Positions 12,841 to 25,629 of a stretch of 64,000 nt of DNA are shown here, one piece after another. Within the stretch, counting starts at the first letter, position 1; every line of letters begins with the position of its first letter. The DNA comes from Somniosus microcephalus (Eukaryota), in the NCBI GenBank assembly GCA_052327205.1, contig CM126202.1, positions 105,028,001 through 105,092,000 of the forward strand, written 5' to 3'. The notes below the pieces were generated by a model. It was not told the DNA's origin. It worked only from the letters and a program-made list of their open reading frames with translations, and made no database searches. A program made the translations under genes and the position numbers.

Positions 12841-13299
12841 GGTGTCAGCCTTGCCTCAGACGGTAGCACTCTCGCCTCTGATTCAGAAGGTCATGGATTT
12901 AAGTCCCACTCCAGAGATTTGAGCACATAATCTAGGCTGGCACTTCAGTGCGGTACTGAGGGAATGCTACACTGTTGGAAGTGCCATTTTTAGATGAGGC
13001 GTTAAACCGAGGCTCTATCCAGCACTCAGATGAACATTAAAGATCCCATGGCACAATCTGAAGAAGAGCTGGGGCGTTCTCCTGGTATCCTGGCCAACAT
13101 TTATCCCTCAACCAACATCTAAAACAAATGATCTGCTCATTTAATTCTTTGCTGTTTGTGGGAGCTTGCTGTGCACAAATTGGCTGCCGCATTTTCTACG
13201 TTACAGCAGTGACTTCAAAAAGTTTTATTGGCTGTAAAGCACTTCGGGACGTCCTGAGGTTGTGAAAGGCACTATATAAATGCAAGTTCTTTCTTTCTT
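12841..13299 (+). mobile_element. Full-length SacSINE1-like Deu-SINE
   Basis: tRNA-derived head, Deu domain, L2-derived tail ending tatataaatgcaagttctttctttc. Confidence 0.85.
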
Positions 13300-13557
13300 T
13301 ACATATACCACACATTCTCCTTCTGCATGGACCTAGAGCCGGGATTCTGTTCCTTGCCGATTTGTTATACTCCATATCTCTTTTGGTCGTGTATTTCACT
13401 CTTAGTATGTATTCTTTTAGAAATTTTGCTTTTAACTGTTGCAACATTGTTCTTACTGTGCCTTCAGCTACCTCGGCCCTAAGCTCTGGAATCCCCTCTC
13501 CACCATTCGCTCCTCCTTTAAGATGCTGCTTAAAACTACCTCTCTGACCAAGTTTTT

Positions 13558-14254
13558 GGGCCAGATTTTTCTGTAAAAATAATGATGAGGCTAACAGCGC
13601 TCATTGCTATTTATGTGCAAATCGGACAGTAACTTCCGGCGACCACACATGCTGTCCAATATGCGCTGTTCCTTCAAAAGCTGCACTATAACGATATCTT
13701 GCCGTCTGACTCACCATTCAAATGGATTGAACGGCGTGAAGTTGCTGTACTTACCTCATAGATACAGACTAAACTTGCCAAAAAGTTAGTGTTTGTCCAT
13801 TCCAGTCTAAGGACCCATTTAACAGCATAGTAAGTCTTAATTTCTGCCAAACAACCTCTTTGGCACTGAAAATTTACTTTTACAAGTGTGGAGTCTCATT
13901 CCTTCAGCTTTTAATTATTGTTGGAGATTTTTTTTTTAATTTAAAACTTTTTTTTTACTTTCTGTCTCTTTTATCTCTCTCTCTTAATCCAATATTTCTT
14001 TCCCTCTCGTTATTTTGTTTTCTATGAGTGATTTGACATTGAATTCAATATTCCAACTGACACTTCCTGATTCAGACTATGCGCTGCTCATTAACGATTC
14101 ATCAGTCTGGTTAAGGGGATACACAGGTCCCAATGCTCTGTAGAGGGTGCTGTGCTTTTTGGATAATTGGCTGACAGGAACTTGCCTGCAAAAGTCGATA
14201 AAATGTCTGTGGGCAAATGCAAGTGTAACAAACGCTGAGAGCAAAATCCGGCCG
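13558..14254. mobile_element. Older Harbinger-type MITE inside an L2 3' end (~13450-14365)
   Basis: TIRs gggccagatttt / aaaatccggccg. L2 3' UTR sequence resumes on both sides. Confidence 0.65.
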
Positions 14255-14989
14255 AATGTCTCCCTCTTTGGCTTGGTGTCAATTTTTGTCTGATTATGCT
14301 CCTGTGAAGTGCCATGGGATGTTATACTATGTTAAACTCGCTATATAAATGCAGGTGGTTGTTACCATTATTTCTCATTGATATCTTTGTCTCAGTTATT
14401 GCAGTAATGTTTATCTTATGCAAAAAGCACACAGCAGGTATTTTCAGTGGGTAAATACAGCTCTGAAGTTCATCACTTGTGCTTCCGAAGGTAAAAAAGA
14501 CAAAATGGTCATGTGAACACACTTACGTGATTTGAGAGAGACAATCACCTGTGTTCTAATGAAAAAGGCTTTTCACAGCTGCAGTACTTACCTTCTCCAT
14601 AGATTAGACTATCACATCACCCACCTTCCAATCCTGTTAACCAAGATTATGAAGTATACCTTCTACACACAGAAGGAATCCTTTATAAATGCTCTCTTAC
14701 ATGGCAAAATATCATTGTCATTATATGCAGTTAGTGATTAATTTCTCACAGTCAGAAGATATTGGGAGTAAATTAATGAAGCATACAGTATAATGTGAAG
14801 ATTGTAAAATTACTCCCATTTAAGCTGAGTCACAGAAGGATCCATGTGAAAATTTTAAGGGTAGGCTGGTTTAAAGGGCTGAGAAATACCCCATTCTTAT
14901 GCAAGAGATTTAGAACAGAGGGCAGGAGAAACTTCTTTACAGGTTTGTGAGGATGTAGAATTCACTTCCACGGTTAAGGCAGAAATGAT

Positions 14990-15840
14990 GGGCTGGATTT
15001 TCATTCAGAACTCGCTAAGGAGGCGGGACTACAACTTTCTACAACTTTCGGGGTTGTAGTCCCGCCTCCATCGAGATGCGGCCAATCCACGCGATTTTAA
15101 CTTGATTGACCGTGTTCAGCCTGCCCAGCGGGCTCAGCAGGCCAATTAAGCGCCACCCGGCAACAGGTGACGTCACAGACTGAGATTTCATCAGTCAAGA
15201 CGTGTTGACAGATAAATATCAGTGTTTCACGGCTGTTTGAAGCTGTCAAACACTGACAGTCTTACTTCTAACCTGAGTCCTTCTATGCAGACTCAGTTGG
15301 AAAGCTCACCGGCACTGAAAGCTGCAGGCTGTCACTTTTGACAGATCGCAGCCATTCTGCTTTCTGTGCCAGCTGAATGATGGACTCCCGAAACCGAGAG
15401 GAAGGAAGGCTGTAAAGGTAAGTACAGGTAATTTAAACTTCTTTACACACTTTAGACACACCAAACACACATACCTTTGCACTCATGCACCCATCACTCA
15501 CCTGAACACTGAGATCTTGACCCCTCCAAGTCCTTCAACCCGACGGCCAGACTCCTCTAACTTGGCGTGGTTTGGAGCCGTTGGGAATCCTACACGACAA
15601 CCTTCAAAATAGGGATTAGGCTAAAAACTGCCTGTTAACTACCTGTTAACAGGCAGTTAATTGGCACTAACCCCTTCCCGCCTCGGGTGGCGGGTCCCAG
15701 TGCGGGGCGGGTACCCGCCTCCTTTGAAACTTACATGGAGGCGGGTTTTGGGCAGGATGGTGTCGGGACCCCTGAATTCGGGAATTTAACCTCCCGCACG
15801 CCTCCAATCCCAACTCCACGGCACACTGAAAATCGACCCC
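14990..15840. mobile_element. Non-autonomous Harbinger-like element, copy 2, inside an old CR1 fragment
   Basis: Same TIRs as 2305-3146; perfect 3-bp TSD GAT. Confidence 0.85.
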
Positions 15841-15950
15841 GATGTCAAGATTCAAGATTATTAGATTGGATAAACGGATAAAGAGTTGAAGTGATATGGG
15901 AACAGGATGAGTAAATGTGATTGCAACTCTTTGCTCACGTGGAGGGTAAA

Positions 15951-17243
15951 CATAAGAACATAACATAAGAAATAGGAGCAGGAGTAGGCCAATCGTCCCC
16001 TCGAGCCTGCTCCGCCATTTAATAAGATCATGGCTGATCTGATCCTAACCGCCAATCTACTATCACAGAACCATCTCCTGAATCTAACAGAATTAGACAC
16101 ATGAAATAGGAGCAGGATCAGGCTACACGGCCCCTGGGCCCGCTCTGCTACCCACAGGGCCATGTCCGATCCGAACCTAGACTCATGTCCAAATTCCTGC
16201 CCGCTCCCCGTAACCCTTAATTCCCTTTACTTCTAGGAAACTGTCTATTTCTGTTTTAAATTTATGTAATGATGTAGCTTCTACAGCTTTTTGGGGCAGC
16301 ATATTCCATGGACCTACCACCCTCTGAGTGAAGTAGTTCCTCCTCATCTCAGTTTTGAAAGAGCAGCCCCTTATTCTAAGACTATGCCCCCTAGTTCTAG
16401 TTTCACCCATCATCGGGAACATCCTCCCCGCATCCACCCGATCCAACCCCTTCACAATCTTATATGTTTCAATAAGATCGCCTCTCATTCTTCTGAACTC
16501 CAATGAGTAGAGTCCCAATCTACTCAACCTCTCCTCATATGTCCATCCCCTCATCCCCGGGATTAACCTACTGAACCTTCTTTGCACTGACTCGAGAGCA
16601 AGTATGTCTTTTCTTAAGTATGGACACCAAAACTGTATGCAGTATTCCAGGTGCGGTCTCACCAATACCTTGTGCAACTGAAGCAATACCTCCCTATTTT
16701 TATATTCTATCCCCCTAGCAATGAAAGCCAACATTCCATTGGCCTTCTTAATCACTTGCTGCACCTGCATACTAACCTTTTGAGTTTCGTGCACCAGGAC
16801 CCCCAGATCCCTTTGTACTTCAGTACTTTCCAGTTTCTTGCCATTAAGATAATAGCTTGCTCTACGATTTTTCCTGCCAAAGTGCATAACCTCACACTTT
16901 CCAGTATTGTATTCCATCTGCCAAATCTCTGCCCACTTACTTAGCCTGTCTATGTCCCCTTGCAGGTTTTTTATGTCCTCCTCACTCACTACTTTCCCTC
17001 CCATCTTAGTATCATCTGCAAACTTTGATATGTTACACTCGGTTCCCTCCTCCAAATCATTAATATAGATTGTAAAGAGTTGGGGACCCAGCACCGACCC
17101 CTGCGGAACACCACTAGTTACTGATTGCCATTCTGAGAATGAACCATTTATCCCAACTCTCTGCCTTCTGTTAGATAGCCAATCCTCTATCCATGCCAGA
17201 ATATTACCCCCAATCCCGTGATTTTTTATCTTAAGCAATAAAC
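15951..17243 (-). mobile_element. Young 5'-truncated CR1 LINE (RT C-terminal half, open frame)
   Basis: ORF 16183-17337 with GVPQGSVLGP, KFADD and TRGH motifs. (TTATGTTC)n-type tail. Inserted into the 3' UTR of an older + strand CR1. Confidence 0.95.
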
Positions 17244-18115
17244 GCTGGCATGGAGTCGTTGGGCTAAATGCCCTGACTCTGTTGTAACTTCTATGTACCT
17301 GCGTTCTATGATCCAGCTTTATTACAACTAAAAGCAAATACCCATCCCACTACTAAATTGTTGGAGCTACACAATCACAAATCTATATAATCTGATGGTA
17401 CTAGTTCAGCCTTCACTGATATATCTGACAAAAATTCAGATGGCAAATATAACTAAAAGAAATAAATACTTACATTTATATAGTGACTTTCATGATCACT
17501 GGACATCCCAAAGCGCTTTACAGCCAACGAAGTACTTTTTGAAGTGTAGTCACTGTTGTAATGTAGAAAATGTATTAAATGTGAACCTGGTGTTACATTC
17601 CCCACTTGGCAAAAACATCAAAGCGTTCCTCAACATTAACTGTTACAAATTTAAATGGCATTTTACTGTCTTCATTTTGAATAATCCAATTAACTGAAAG
17701 GCAAATTACACCACGCAATTTAGACTTGATTAACAATTGGAGTTTAGTAATTTGAGATCTTTTTCCAGAAGACATTTTCCGTAAATTGTTTTTCAACTTT
17801 TTCCAGGGCCAAATCAAAATGTATAACCATATGAAATCCAAATTAATTTTATACCTGATATTGTGAATACAGTGGAATTGCAATAAGCATTTACCTGATC
17901 ACTATAAATATCTGTAATGAAACCGTTTCTATTTTAATGGTGCATTTGGATTACAATTTCAAAATATTAACAAGTAACTTTGACAACTGTTTTTGTGTGC
18001 CAGAATTCTCCTGATCAAAGCATAACAAGATTTTTCTTTCATTTTTACTCCCCTTTTTTCCCCTTCTCTCCTAAAGCTGCTGGATTATGTTGGAGTGCAG
18101 TGTCACAGGTACCTA

Positions 18116-18546
18116 GGGGTAGATTTTCCGCTTTGGGCGCAATCGGTGATCCGGGTGCAAATTGCGCCCAAAACTGCACTAGTTTTGGGAAATGTTTCTT
18201 TTCCTGCAGTTTCCACTCAAACTCATTTGCATATCACCAAACGTAAAATCTGCCGTGAACCAGCGCAATCAGGCAATGTTTTAGCACATAATTGGCACAA
18301 ACGCACGCAATTAGCGGTAACTCACGATGATCAATTCGATATGGGGGCGTGACCAGTTTTGTGGGCAGCACCGGCTTCCAGCGCGATGTTTTTTAAACTA
18401 GCGCAAAAGATCACAGAAACTCGATTTGCGCCGAACGTAATTTGTGCTTAAAATTCCACGATCTTTTGCACTGGTTTCACCGAAAAAAAACAACGCAACC
18501 GAGCGGAACCCAGGTGTGAGTGTTACAGGTGAGCCGAAACCTCCCC
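18116..18546. mobile_element. Harbinger-type MITE (right end degraded)
   Basis: Left TIR ggggtagattttcc; CpG-rich with gcgca repeats. Confidence 0.5.
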
Positions 18547-18820
18547 TTAACCCATATTTGTAAACACTTACTATCCAGCAGGGGTCCATTGGCAGCAATG
18601 TTAATCCCTTCTGATTCTTTCCCCCTCCCAAGCCCCAGAGTGTTGAAGCCAACTGTGGTGCTCCAATTGGAGCCCTGGCTGAAATTAACTCAGTCAACAC
18701 AGCCAGGTATAAAACATCTGAAGCTCATTGCTACACCATGCAGCATGTGTTTAATCCATAACACATTTATCACAAAAATGTTAAACTTTGATTAGCATTG
18801 TTCTTGTAACATGTGACTTG

Positions 18821-19215
18821 TATAATAATAATAATAATCAACTTTATTGTCATTGTTAGTGCACAAGTGCAGTACAACGAAATGTAGGCTTGCGGCTCCC
18901 GAGAGTGTACAATTAGATTAAGACATTTAAACATTCAACATTCATTTGGCTTGTAATACATTAACATAAACATAATAAAGTGCATTGGCAGATGTGCAGG
19001 CTTTAGAGTTTATTTGTGGAGTTCAGTAGGATGACAGCCCTGGGAAAGAAGCTGTTCCTAAATCTGGTCGTTCGGGTGCGAATGCATCTGTAGCGTCTCC
19101 CAGATGGCAGGGGGGCGAACAGACTGTGGCTGGGGTGGGTAAGGTCTTTGATGATGGTCCGTGACCTCCGTAAACAGCGTTTCTGGTATATGTGCTCTAT
19201 GGTTGGTAGCCGGTA
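18821..19215 (-). mobile_element. Rex1/Babar LINE 3' fragment
   Basis: Minus strand encodes ...PLPSGRRYRCIRTRTTRFRNSFFPRAV, followed by a 3' UTR with AATAAA and a (TTA)n tail. Confidence 0.8.
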
Positions 19216-19898
19216 TCATGCGCAGCATAACAAAGACCGCCTATTTCCGCCTCTGTAACATCACCCGTCTCCGCCCTTGCCTCAGCTCATCTGCTGCTGA
19301 AACCCTCACCCATGCCTTTGTTACCTCTAGACTTGACTATTCCAATGCACTCCTGGCTGGCCTCCCACATTCTACCCTACGTAAACTTGAGGTCATCCAG
19401 AACTCGGCTGCCAGTGTCCTAACTCGCACCAAGTCCCGTTCACCCATCACCCCTGTGCTCGCTGACCTACATTGACTCCCGGTTAAGCAGCGCCTCGATT
19501 TCAAAATTCTCATCCTTGTTTTCAAATCTCTCCATGGCCTCGCCCCTCCTTATTTCTGTAATCTCTTTCAGCCCCACAACCCCCCGAGATATCTGCGCTC
19601 CTCTAATTCTGTCCTCCCGAGCATCCCTGATTATAATCGCTCAACCATTGGTGGCCGTGCCTTCTGTTGCCTAGGCCCTAAGCTCTGGAATTCCCTGTCT
19701 AAACCTCTCTACCTCTCTCTCCTCCTTTAAGACGCTCCTTAAAACCTACCTCTTTGACCAAGCTTTTGGTCACCTGCCCTAATTTATCCTTATGTGGCTT
19801 GGTGTCAAATTAATTTTTGTCTTATAATAATCTTGTGCAGCGCCTTGGGACGTTTTACTATGTTAAAGGTGCTATATAAATGCAAGTTGTTGTTGTTG
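19216..19898 (+). mobile_element. L2 LINE 3' fragment
   Basis: HAFVTSRLDYSNALLAGLP...ITPVLADLH*LPV; tail tataaatgcaag(ttg)n. Confidence 0.9.
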
Positions 19899-20089
19899 AC
19901 TGAATGCAATTCACTTTGGAATGTTATGCTTTCATCAGGTAAACACTTATCACAATTCCATTGCATTCACGGTATATCAAATATATATTTAGTTGTAGCC
20001 AGCATGACAGTGGAGTGAGTGAATCAATATTTTATTCCTAAAATACATTCTAGTATTAAAGCTGTTTCATTTCACTGTTTGTCCCTCCT

Positions 20090-20460
20090 CCCCCTCCACT
20101 GCTGACTCCTTGCTGGTGTACAATTTTACTTGGCTATCACCTCATTATTCATGTGAGGTGTGATGGTGAATGTTAAGTTATTTCCCCACATTGTTGGGGG
20201 GGGGGGGTGGGAGGAGACAACCAAAGTTCAATCTTGTCCTCATCTGAAATCTCTACTTCTGCACTATTTAACATGGGTTTGCTAGAGAGTAATCTTGAGT
20301 GGGAACACTGAGCAATTTGTCCTCGTCAGTTCTTGGACTACCTTTCCTGCTACCATGGCTGAGGTCAGCCAACTCAGCACAAACTAGAGATCAAACCTGG
20401 GACCTTCCTAGGCTGTACAATGTAGTCAACTCATTGGATAAACTCACTGAGCCAATGAGC
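20090..20460 (-). mobile_element. Old tRNA-derived SINE-like repeat (related fragments near 3290-3470, 36030-36270, 53040-53140)
   Basis: Reverse tRNA-like head (tggctcagtgag...ggtcccaggtttgatc) and similar bodies at several places in the window. Confidence 0.45.
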
Positions 20461-21200
20461 AAACTGAAAACTGAAATTTTACAGAAATGTAATTGGACTT
20501 TTTAAGTAAGCCAAGTAATGCTAAATATTATTTGTGTGTGTTTGTGTACGCGTAAAGGATGTTGCTCCATTTTAAATAAAACACTCCCAGTTCAGGTACA
20601 GCACAGTTAGATGCAGATTAAATATTCCCCATCCCTGTTCCAACATTATGTCTGGGCCGCAATCTTAGAAGAGCACCTCCCCCCCCACCCCCGCTGTATT
20701 AATATGACATTTTCAACAGCAGCCATTTTATGTCCTCTCCAAGTGTGATTGCCATTTAGTATCATTGAATTGAGATTACCCAAACCTACTTGATGTAGAA
20801 CATTTGGAGCTCACAGACTTTCATCCCATTTGTCAGGCCTTGATTCACACTCAGGCCCCATAGGTGAAAGGCCAGTGTGTAAGCCCCGGAACCATCCAGT
20901 CACTCGGTGCACATAAATATGACATATTGCTTACACTTCATTTTTCACCCTTTTAAAGTGTATAAATAATTATCATGTTCTTTGTTCATCATTCATATCA
21001 ACCACAAACATTCTCATGATTCTACAAACAGCACAGTTGTTAAAGCAGGCTCGATCTACGCACTCACCACACTGTCATCAGAAACAAAAGTGAAAATGTT
21101 TGTCTCCAATAGTGTCACTCCTCACAATAACATAACACTGAAAAGAAGCATTCAAGTACTGAAAGGGTTATGTTCTAACAACATGTGTCTTTACCTACAG

Positions 21201-21378
21201 TGTTCCGTTACCTGCGGAAAAGGAATGCAATCACGAGTAATCCAGTGTATGCACAAAGTGACAGGAAGACATGGAAATGATTGTTTCCCATCAGAAAAGC
21301 CTGCAGCCTATAGGCCCTGCCATTTAAAGCCCTGCAATGAAAAAGTCAATGTGAACACTATCACATCACCCAGACTAG
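21201..21378 (+). CDS. ADAMTS19: ADAMTS19 penultimate coding exon (last TSP1 repeat)
   Basis: Acceptor ttacctacAG|, donor |GTacgt (phase 1). Translates [59 protein letters not shown]. From recalled sequences this matches ADAMTS19 ([19 protein letters not shown]) better than its paralogue ADAMTS17. Confidence 0.93.
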
Positions 21379-23164
21379 GTACGTAGCAACATCCCAGCTA
21401 TTCATTTATCTCAATTGTCAGTTTAAGGATTTCATTTTGTGAAGTAGAGTGAAGGACATAGTACAAGCTTTTCAGCTGAATTTTCTTTCCTGAGCTTGCT
21501 GTATGCAAACTGGGTGCTATATCTGTCAATCGCTGCACTTCAAGAGTAATTTGTTGTATGTGAAGCACTTTTGGCTATCTCTAAGGGATAACCTACATTA
21601 CAACAGTGCCTACACTTCAAAAAGTACTTCATTGGCTATAAAGCACTTTGGGACGTCTGGTGGTCGTGAAAGGCACTATATAAATGCAAGTCTTTCTTTC
21701 TAAGAGATCTGATAAATAAATGCCAATTTTTCTGACACGTGGTACCATTTATTTTAAAAGAAAAGAACTTGCATTTTATATAGCGCCTTTCACAGCCTCA
21801 GGATGTCCCAAAACACATTACAGCCAACAAAGTACTTTTGAAGCGTAGTCACTGTTGTGATGTAGACAAATAAGCTTTGTTTGTTAATGGATAAGAAGGA
21901 AGGAAAAGAAGCATCATCAGCATAACGTTTTCAGATTGTCACAGGTAATAATTCAGAGTAAGTCCACCTTTACCAAACATGAGGCTTTCCTGTGTATCAT
22001 GGCCGAAATGCATTTGCTCTAGATTTTACGGCATACTCATATTTTTGCCACATGCTGTATTGTAGTCTACCACCACCCCCCCCCACCACCAAATTTGCTG
22101 CTTCCTTCTAGGCTGTGGCGTGTTGCTCAGGAAGGGTTGGAACCAGTACCAATGTGCCACTTGAGATGCCACCACCCAAATTCTGCTAAAGCATCAATGA
22201 ATCCAAAAGATCAACCTCTCAGTGGAGTGCACATTACAGACAGCTCTCATTTGTTTCTAACTTCATAAACTTACACAGGGCTTTTTTCTTTAAAAAAAAA
22301 CTATTGGTCCCCCTGTGTCCTAGTGTGGAAATTGCCTCCATGTTTCTTTTGGTGCTTTGTGAGGCCGTAGCTATTTTGATATCATTTCAGTGCCTTTAGG
22401 CAAATATGTACTCGAAGCAAACAATGAGCTCAGATATATTTATTTGGACTGCCAAATGGAATAGAGTTTTAGGATATGACGCATTTAAATGCATACTTTA
22501 TTGGCATGGGTGCTGACACAATAAACAACGATAGAAGCTTGCTCATGAAGGGTATGTTGGATTTACATTCTAATGCAAAAAATGTTAGTGAGCCGCAAGT
22601 TCCAATTTCAAGGCCGGCCTCAGGCCTTCCAGTTGGGGTGAGCATCACAGATTCTGGGTGTGAAATTGGATCCAGATGAATTTCTATCCCTAGATATCAA
22701 AATTGGCACCTTCTAAGTGTCATGGCTATGTTTCATACGACAAAATGCAATGCACTTACCTACTGCGCCATTAGAAAAGCAGCTCATTTCAAGGATCTTC
22801 CTTCCATCCTGGTAACAAATTGAAGGAAGGAGTTTGGGCAAGTGACAAATAATAGGCAAAGGAAAGGAACAGAAAAAATTAAAGTATAATTTAAGAAAGC
22901 AAGTTCATTTAAATCATTGCACGTTCTAAAAACTACTAAATGTTTCCTTTTTAAAATGTAACCAGCTCATCTCCTGACATCAGCAAATTGATTATTCCAG
23001 GTTGTCAATCCCTGGGTAGAAAACCTAAAATTTATAAAATGGCCAAAAATATCTATTACATACTGCAAATGTTCCAGTTGCCAGTCGAAGGTCTGAAAAC
23101 AAGTTCTTAGCCCTGTATACATTCCTTACTAAATATACATCTTGTTTAAAAAAGGAAAAGTAAT

Positions 23165-23927
23165 GGCCCAGAAATTCGTGTCGGGGGCTTCCCGCGGGTG
23201 CAAGCCCCGACCTACACTTACCTAGCGCGCCGGCAGTTGAGGCCTGGGCCTGCGTGGATTTCCTGTCTGCGGCCCGGTCCAGCTCCCGGCGCGCTGTGCT
23301 TGCGTGATCCAGCGGCGTACTTAGTGCGATGCGTCGGCTGGGATCACGTGAGCACTGGGCAACCAATCGGAGGATGCAAAAGTTCATTCATGAGTTTGAC
23401 AGTAAGAACTGTTAAACTCATGAAAACTCTGGGCGTCCAAAACAGTACTTAAACTTGAAATAAAATTTTAAAAAAATCACACTATTTAAATTAACTATAA
23501 ATAACTTTAAATAACTATTTTAAACAATAATTTAAATTTTTGAAAAAAATAATTTTATAAAAATCGGGGCTAAAAATACACTTACCTTACTGTAAAGTCT
23601 TTAAAAATAATAAACCTGTGGGAAAAAAAATTCTAATTTTAATTAATAGACCACTTACCTTTTAAAATTAAGTCCTTACGTCTGCTTTTTTAAAGTGTAA
23701 AAAGTGGAGGCCTTCACGCACGGGCAAACCTGGAAAAAAAATGAAGTTCAACGCGCACGTGCAGACTCCTGCGCGCACGCGTTCGACCTCTGAACCCCTT
23801 GGTTCAGAGGATCGGAAATGCCGGTTTCCCGCCCAAGCGCTGTGCATGCAGAAAACCGGCAAGTCCATCAGTCCCACGCGTGAGTACACAGTGCTTACTC
23901 GCGCGTTTGGACACTAATTTCTGGGCC
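23165..23927. mobile_element. Harbinger-type MITE (763 bp), GC-rich ends and AT-rich core
   Basis: Perfect 12-bp TIRs ggcccagaaatt / aatttctgggcc; flanks AAT / ATT. Confidence 0.85.
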
Positions 23928-23993
23928 ATTGTTTATTTTAGAATGTAAGAAGTCACACAACACCAGGTTATATACCAACAGTTTTATTTGAAA

Positions 23994-24030
23994 TCACAAG
24001 CTTTCGGAGCACTGCTCCCTCGTCAGGTGA
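23994..24030 (-). ncRNA. Minimal hammerhead motif, antisense copy
   Basis: Reverse complement reads tcacCTGACGAgggagcagtgctccGAAAgcttgtga. Confidence 0.65.
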
Positions 24031-24140
24031 AGTGGAGAGATGCCTATAGACACAGATTATATAGTCAGAGAATAATGCCAGATGATTACAGGTAATCTTT
24101 ATAACTGCCATTTAATCTTTCTAACTGGCACCTCTCCACT

Positions 24141-24177
24141 TCACCTGACGAAGGAGCAGTGCTCCGAAAGCTTGTGA
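24141..24177 (+). ncRNA. Minimal type I hammerhead ribozyme motif (PLE type)
   Basis: tcac-CTGACGA-a-ggagc(agt)gctcc-GAAA-gc-tt-gtga: conserved core, 5-bp stem II, palindromic AAGCTT stem III and 4-bp stem I. Confidence 0.7.
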
Positions 24178-25357
24178 TTTCAAATAAAACTGTTGGACTA
24201 TAACCTGGTGTTGTGTGACTTCTTACATTTGTCCACCCCAGTCCAACACCGGCATCTCCACACCATGGCTATTTTAGAATGTATTACAGATGTAGGATTC
24301 TGTGTAACAGCAACAATACTGCTCAAGTGTGTGGCTTGATTTATCTGCATTTGAACCACAATTAATATCGGGAATTTCTTCGGAGCTGCTCCCGCTCTGC
24401 TGCCTTACCTTTGGCAGATGACGGTGGATCCGGAGCAACTCAAGGAAATTCCTGGCCTCAGTCAAGCAAGTTGTTGCTTATTAAAGCTCAGTATAGGACC
24501 TACACCAGCTCTCAGCTGGCGTAGATCCCAATAGGCTTATTGATGGCATATTGAGCCTAATTCCCAGGGTAGCATGGGAATGTTCTCCTGACAAGCACCG
24601 AAAGCAGTGCTTTGACAGGCAGGCAGAAGACTCGCAGTGCTCCAGCTTATTTTTGTGGGGCTTGGAGGAGCAGTCCCTGGTCCTCTTCAGCTGTACCACT
24701 GGGTATAACTGGGCAGAACATCTACTGTGCACACTGCGCTCACTTGTCTCCTAAAATAGCAGTCAGGGTTCTACGTACATCATAGGGCCCTGATTTTCAG
24801 GCAGGCACTCTAGTCGCCCAGTGGTAGGCCCCATTCAGGACGGTGTTGGCCAGATTGGGAGTAGGAACGAGGCGGTGAGTTTTTCCACATGATTTTCAGG
24901 GTGCTATGACCCCCTTTCTGCCAAGTGGAGCCAGTGAAAATTTCCCCCAAAACATCCTTCGTTATTTATCTTTTGCAATATATGACCTGCGATTGTGAAG
25001 CTAAAGTAGTCCATAGGTATTGTTTTGTATAACAGCTTTTATGCTGTCAGCTGTTATGCAAAACAATACCTATGGACTACATCATACCAGGTAGCATCAT
25101 ACCATAGGCTAACAGAAAACAGTTGGCGCATTCAGCATGGGAGAACAGTTTGCCAAAAGGCATATTTTGCTGCCCTGTACAATGGTATTTTTCAACAACA
25201 TGATAATTGGTTTCATAAGTTGGACTATTTAAGCAGTATCAAATTTTTTGTGTGTGTGTTTTCGGTTAAAAATTCCAGTTTTAAATTAAATGCATACTAA
25301 GTTGGCACCATAAATATAATAAACTACTACATTTCAGAAATTTGTATATGTATCAGA

Positions 25358-25513
25358 CAATGTTCCCGTTAAGCTGCCGCAGCGGTCTGGAAGTCCCACA
25401 CAGGCCGCTTATCGGCTTTTCAATGGGAATAAGCACACATGCCCGAAGATTTGAATGGGCTGCGCAGCCAGTTAAAGGGCCCACGCACCAAAAAAAAATT
25501 ACAGGGAACATTG
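25358..25513. mobile_element. hAT-like MITE
   Basis: 15-bp TIRs caatgttcccgttaa / ttacagggaacattg; imperfect 8-bp TSD gtatcaga / atatcagg. Confidence 0.7.
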
Positions 25514-25629
25514 ATATCAGGCTGTACGGTAAACAAATAATTCAGTACTCTCAAAGGTTAGACTATCAGGCTGCACCAATATATTTTAACTAAAGGGAAT
25601 TTATGCAAACTATTTCTTTCTCCTGTCTA

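Larger units (their letters stand above)
23942..24269. mobile_element. Penelope-like-element-derived palindromic insertion
   Basis: ~100-bp inverted arms (about 23942-24043 / 24127-24229), a 40-bp tail extension, and a 14-bp direct repeat tattttagaatgta at 23934 and 24270. Confidence 0.8.

Noticed and set aside
2305-15840. Composite transposon bounded by the twin MITEs
   Set aside because: The right copy has its own GAT TSD, and the outer flanks (GTG / GAT) do not match.
1-21190. Additional upstream ADAMTS19 exons
   Set aside because: No TSP1-like W..W/Cys coding segment with splice sites was found by eye; a short exon could have been missed.
20982-21200. N-terminal part of ORF 20982-21386 as coding
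   Set aside because: Intronic read-through; homology starts only after the AG acceptor at 21200.
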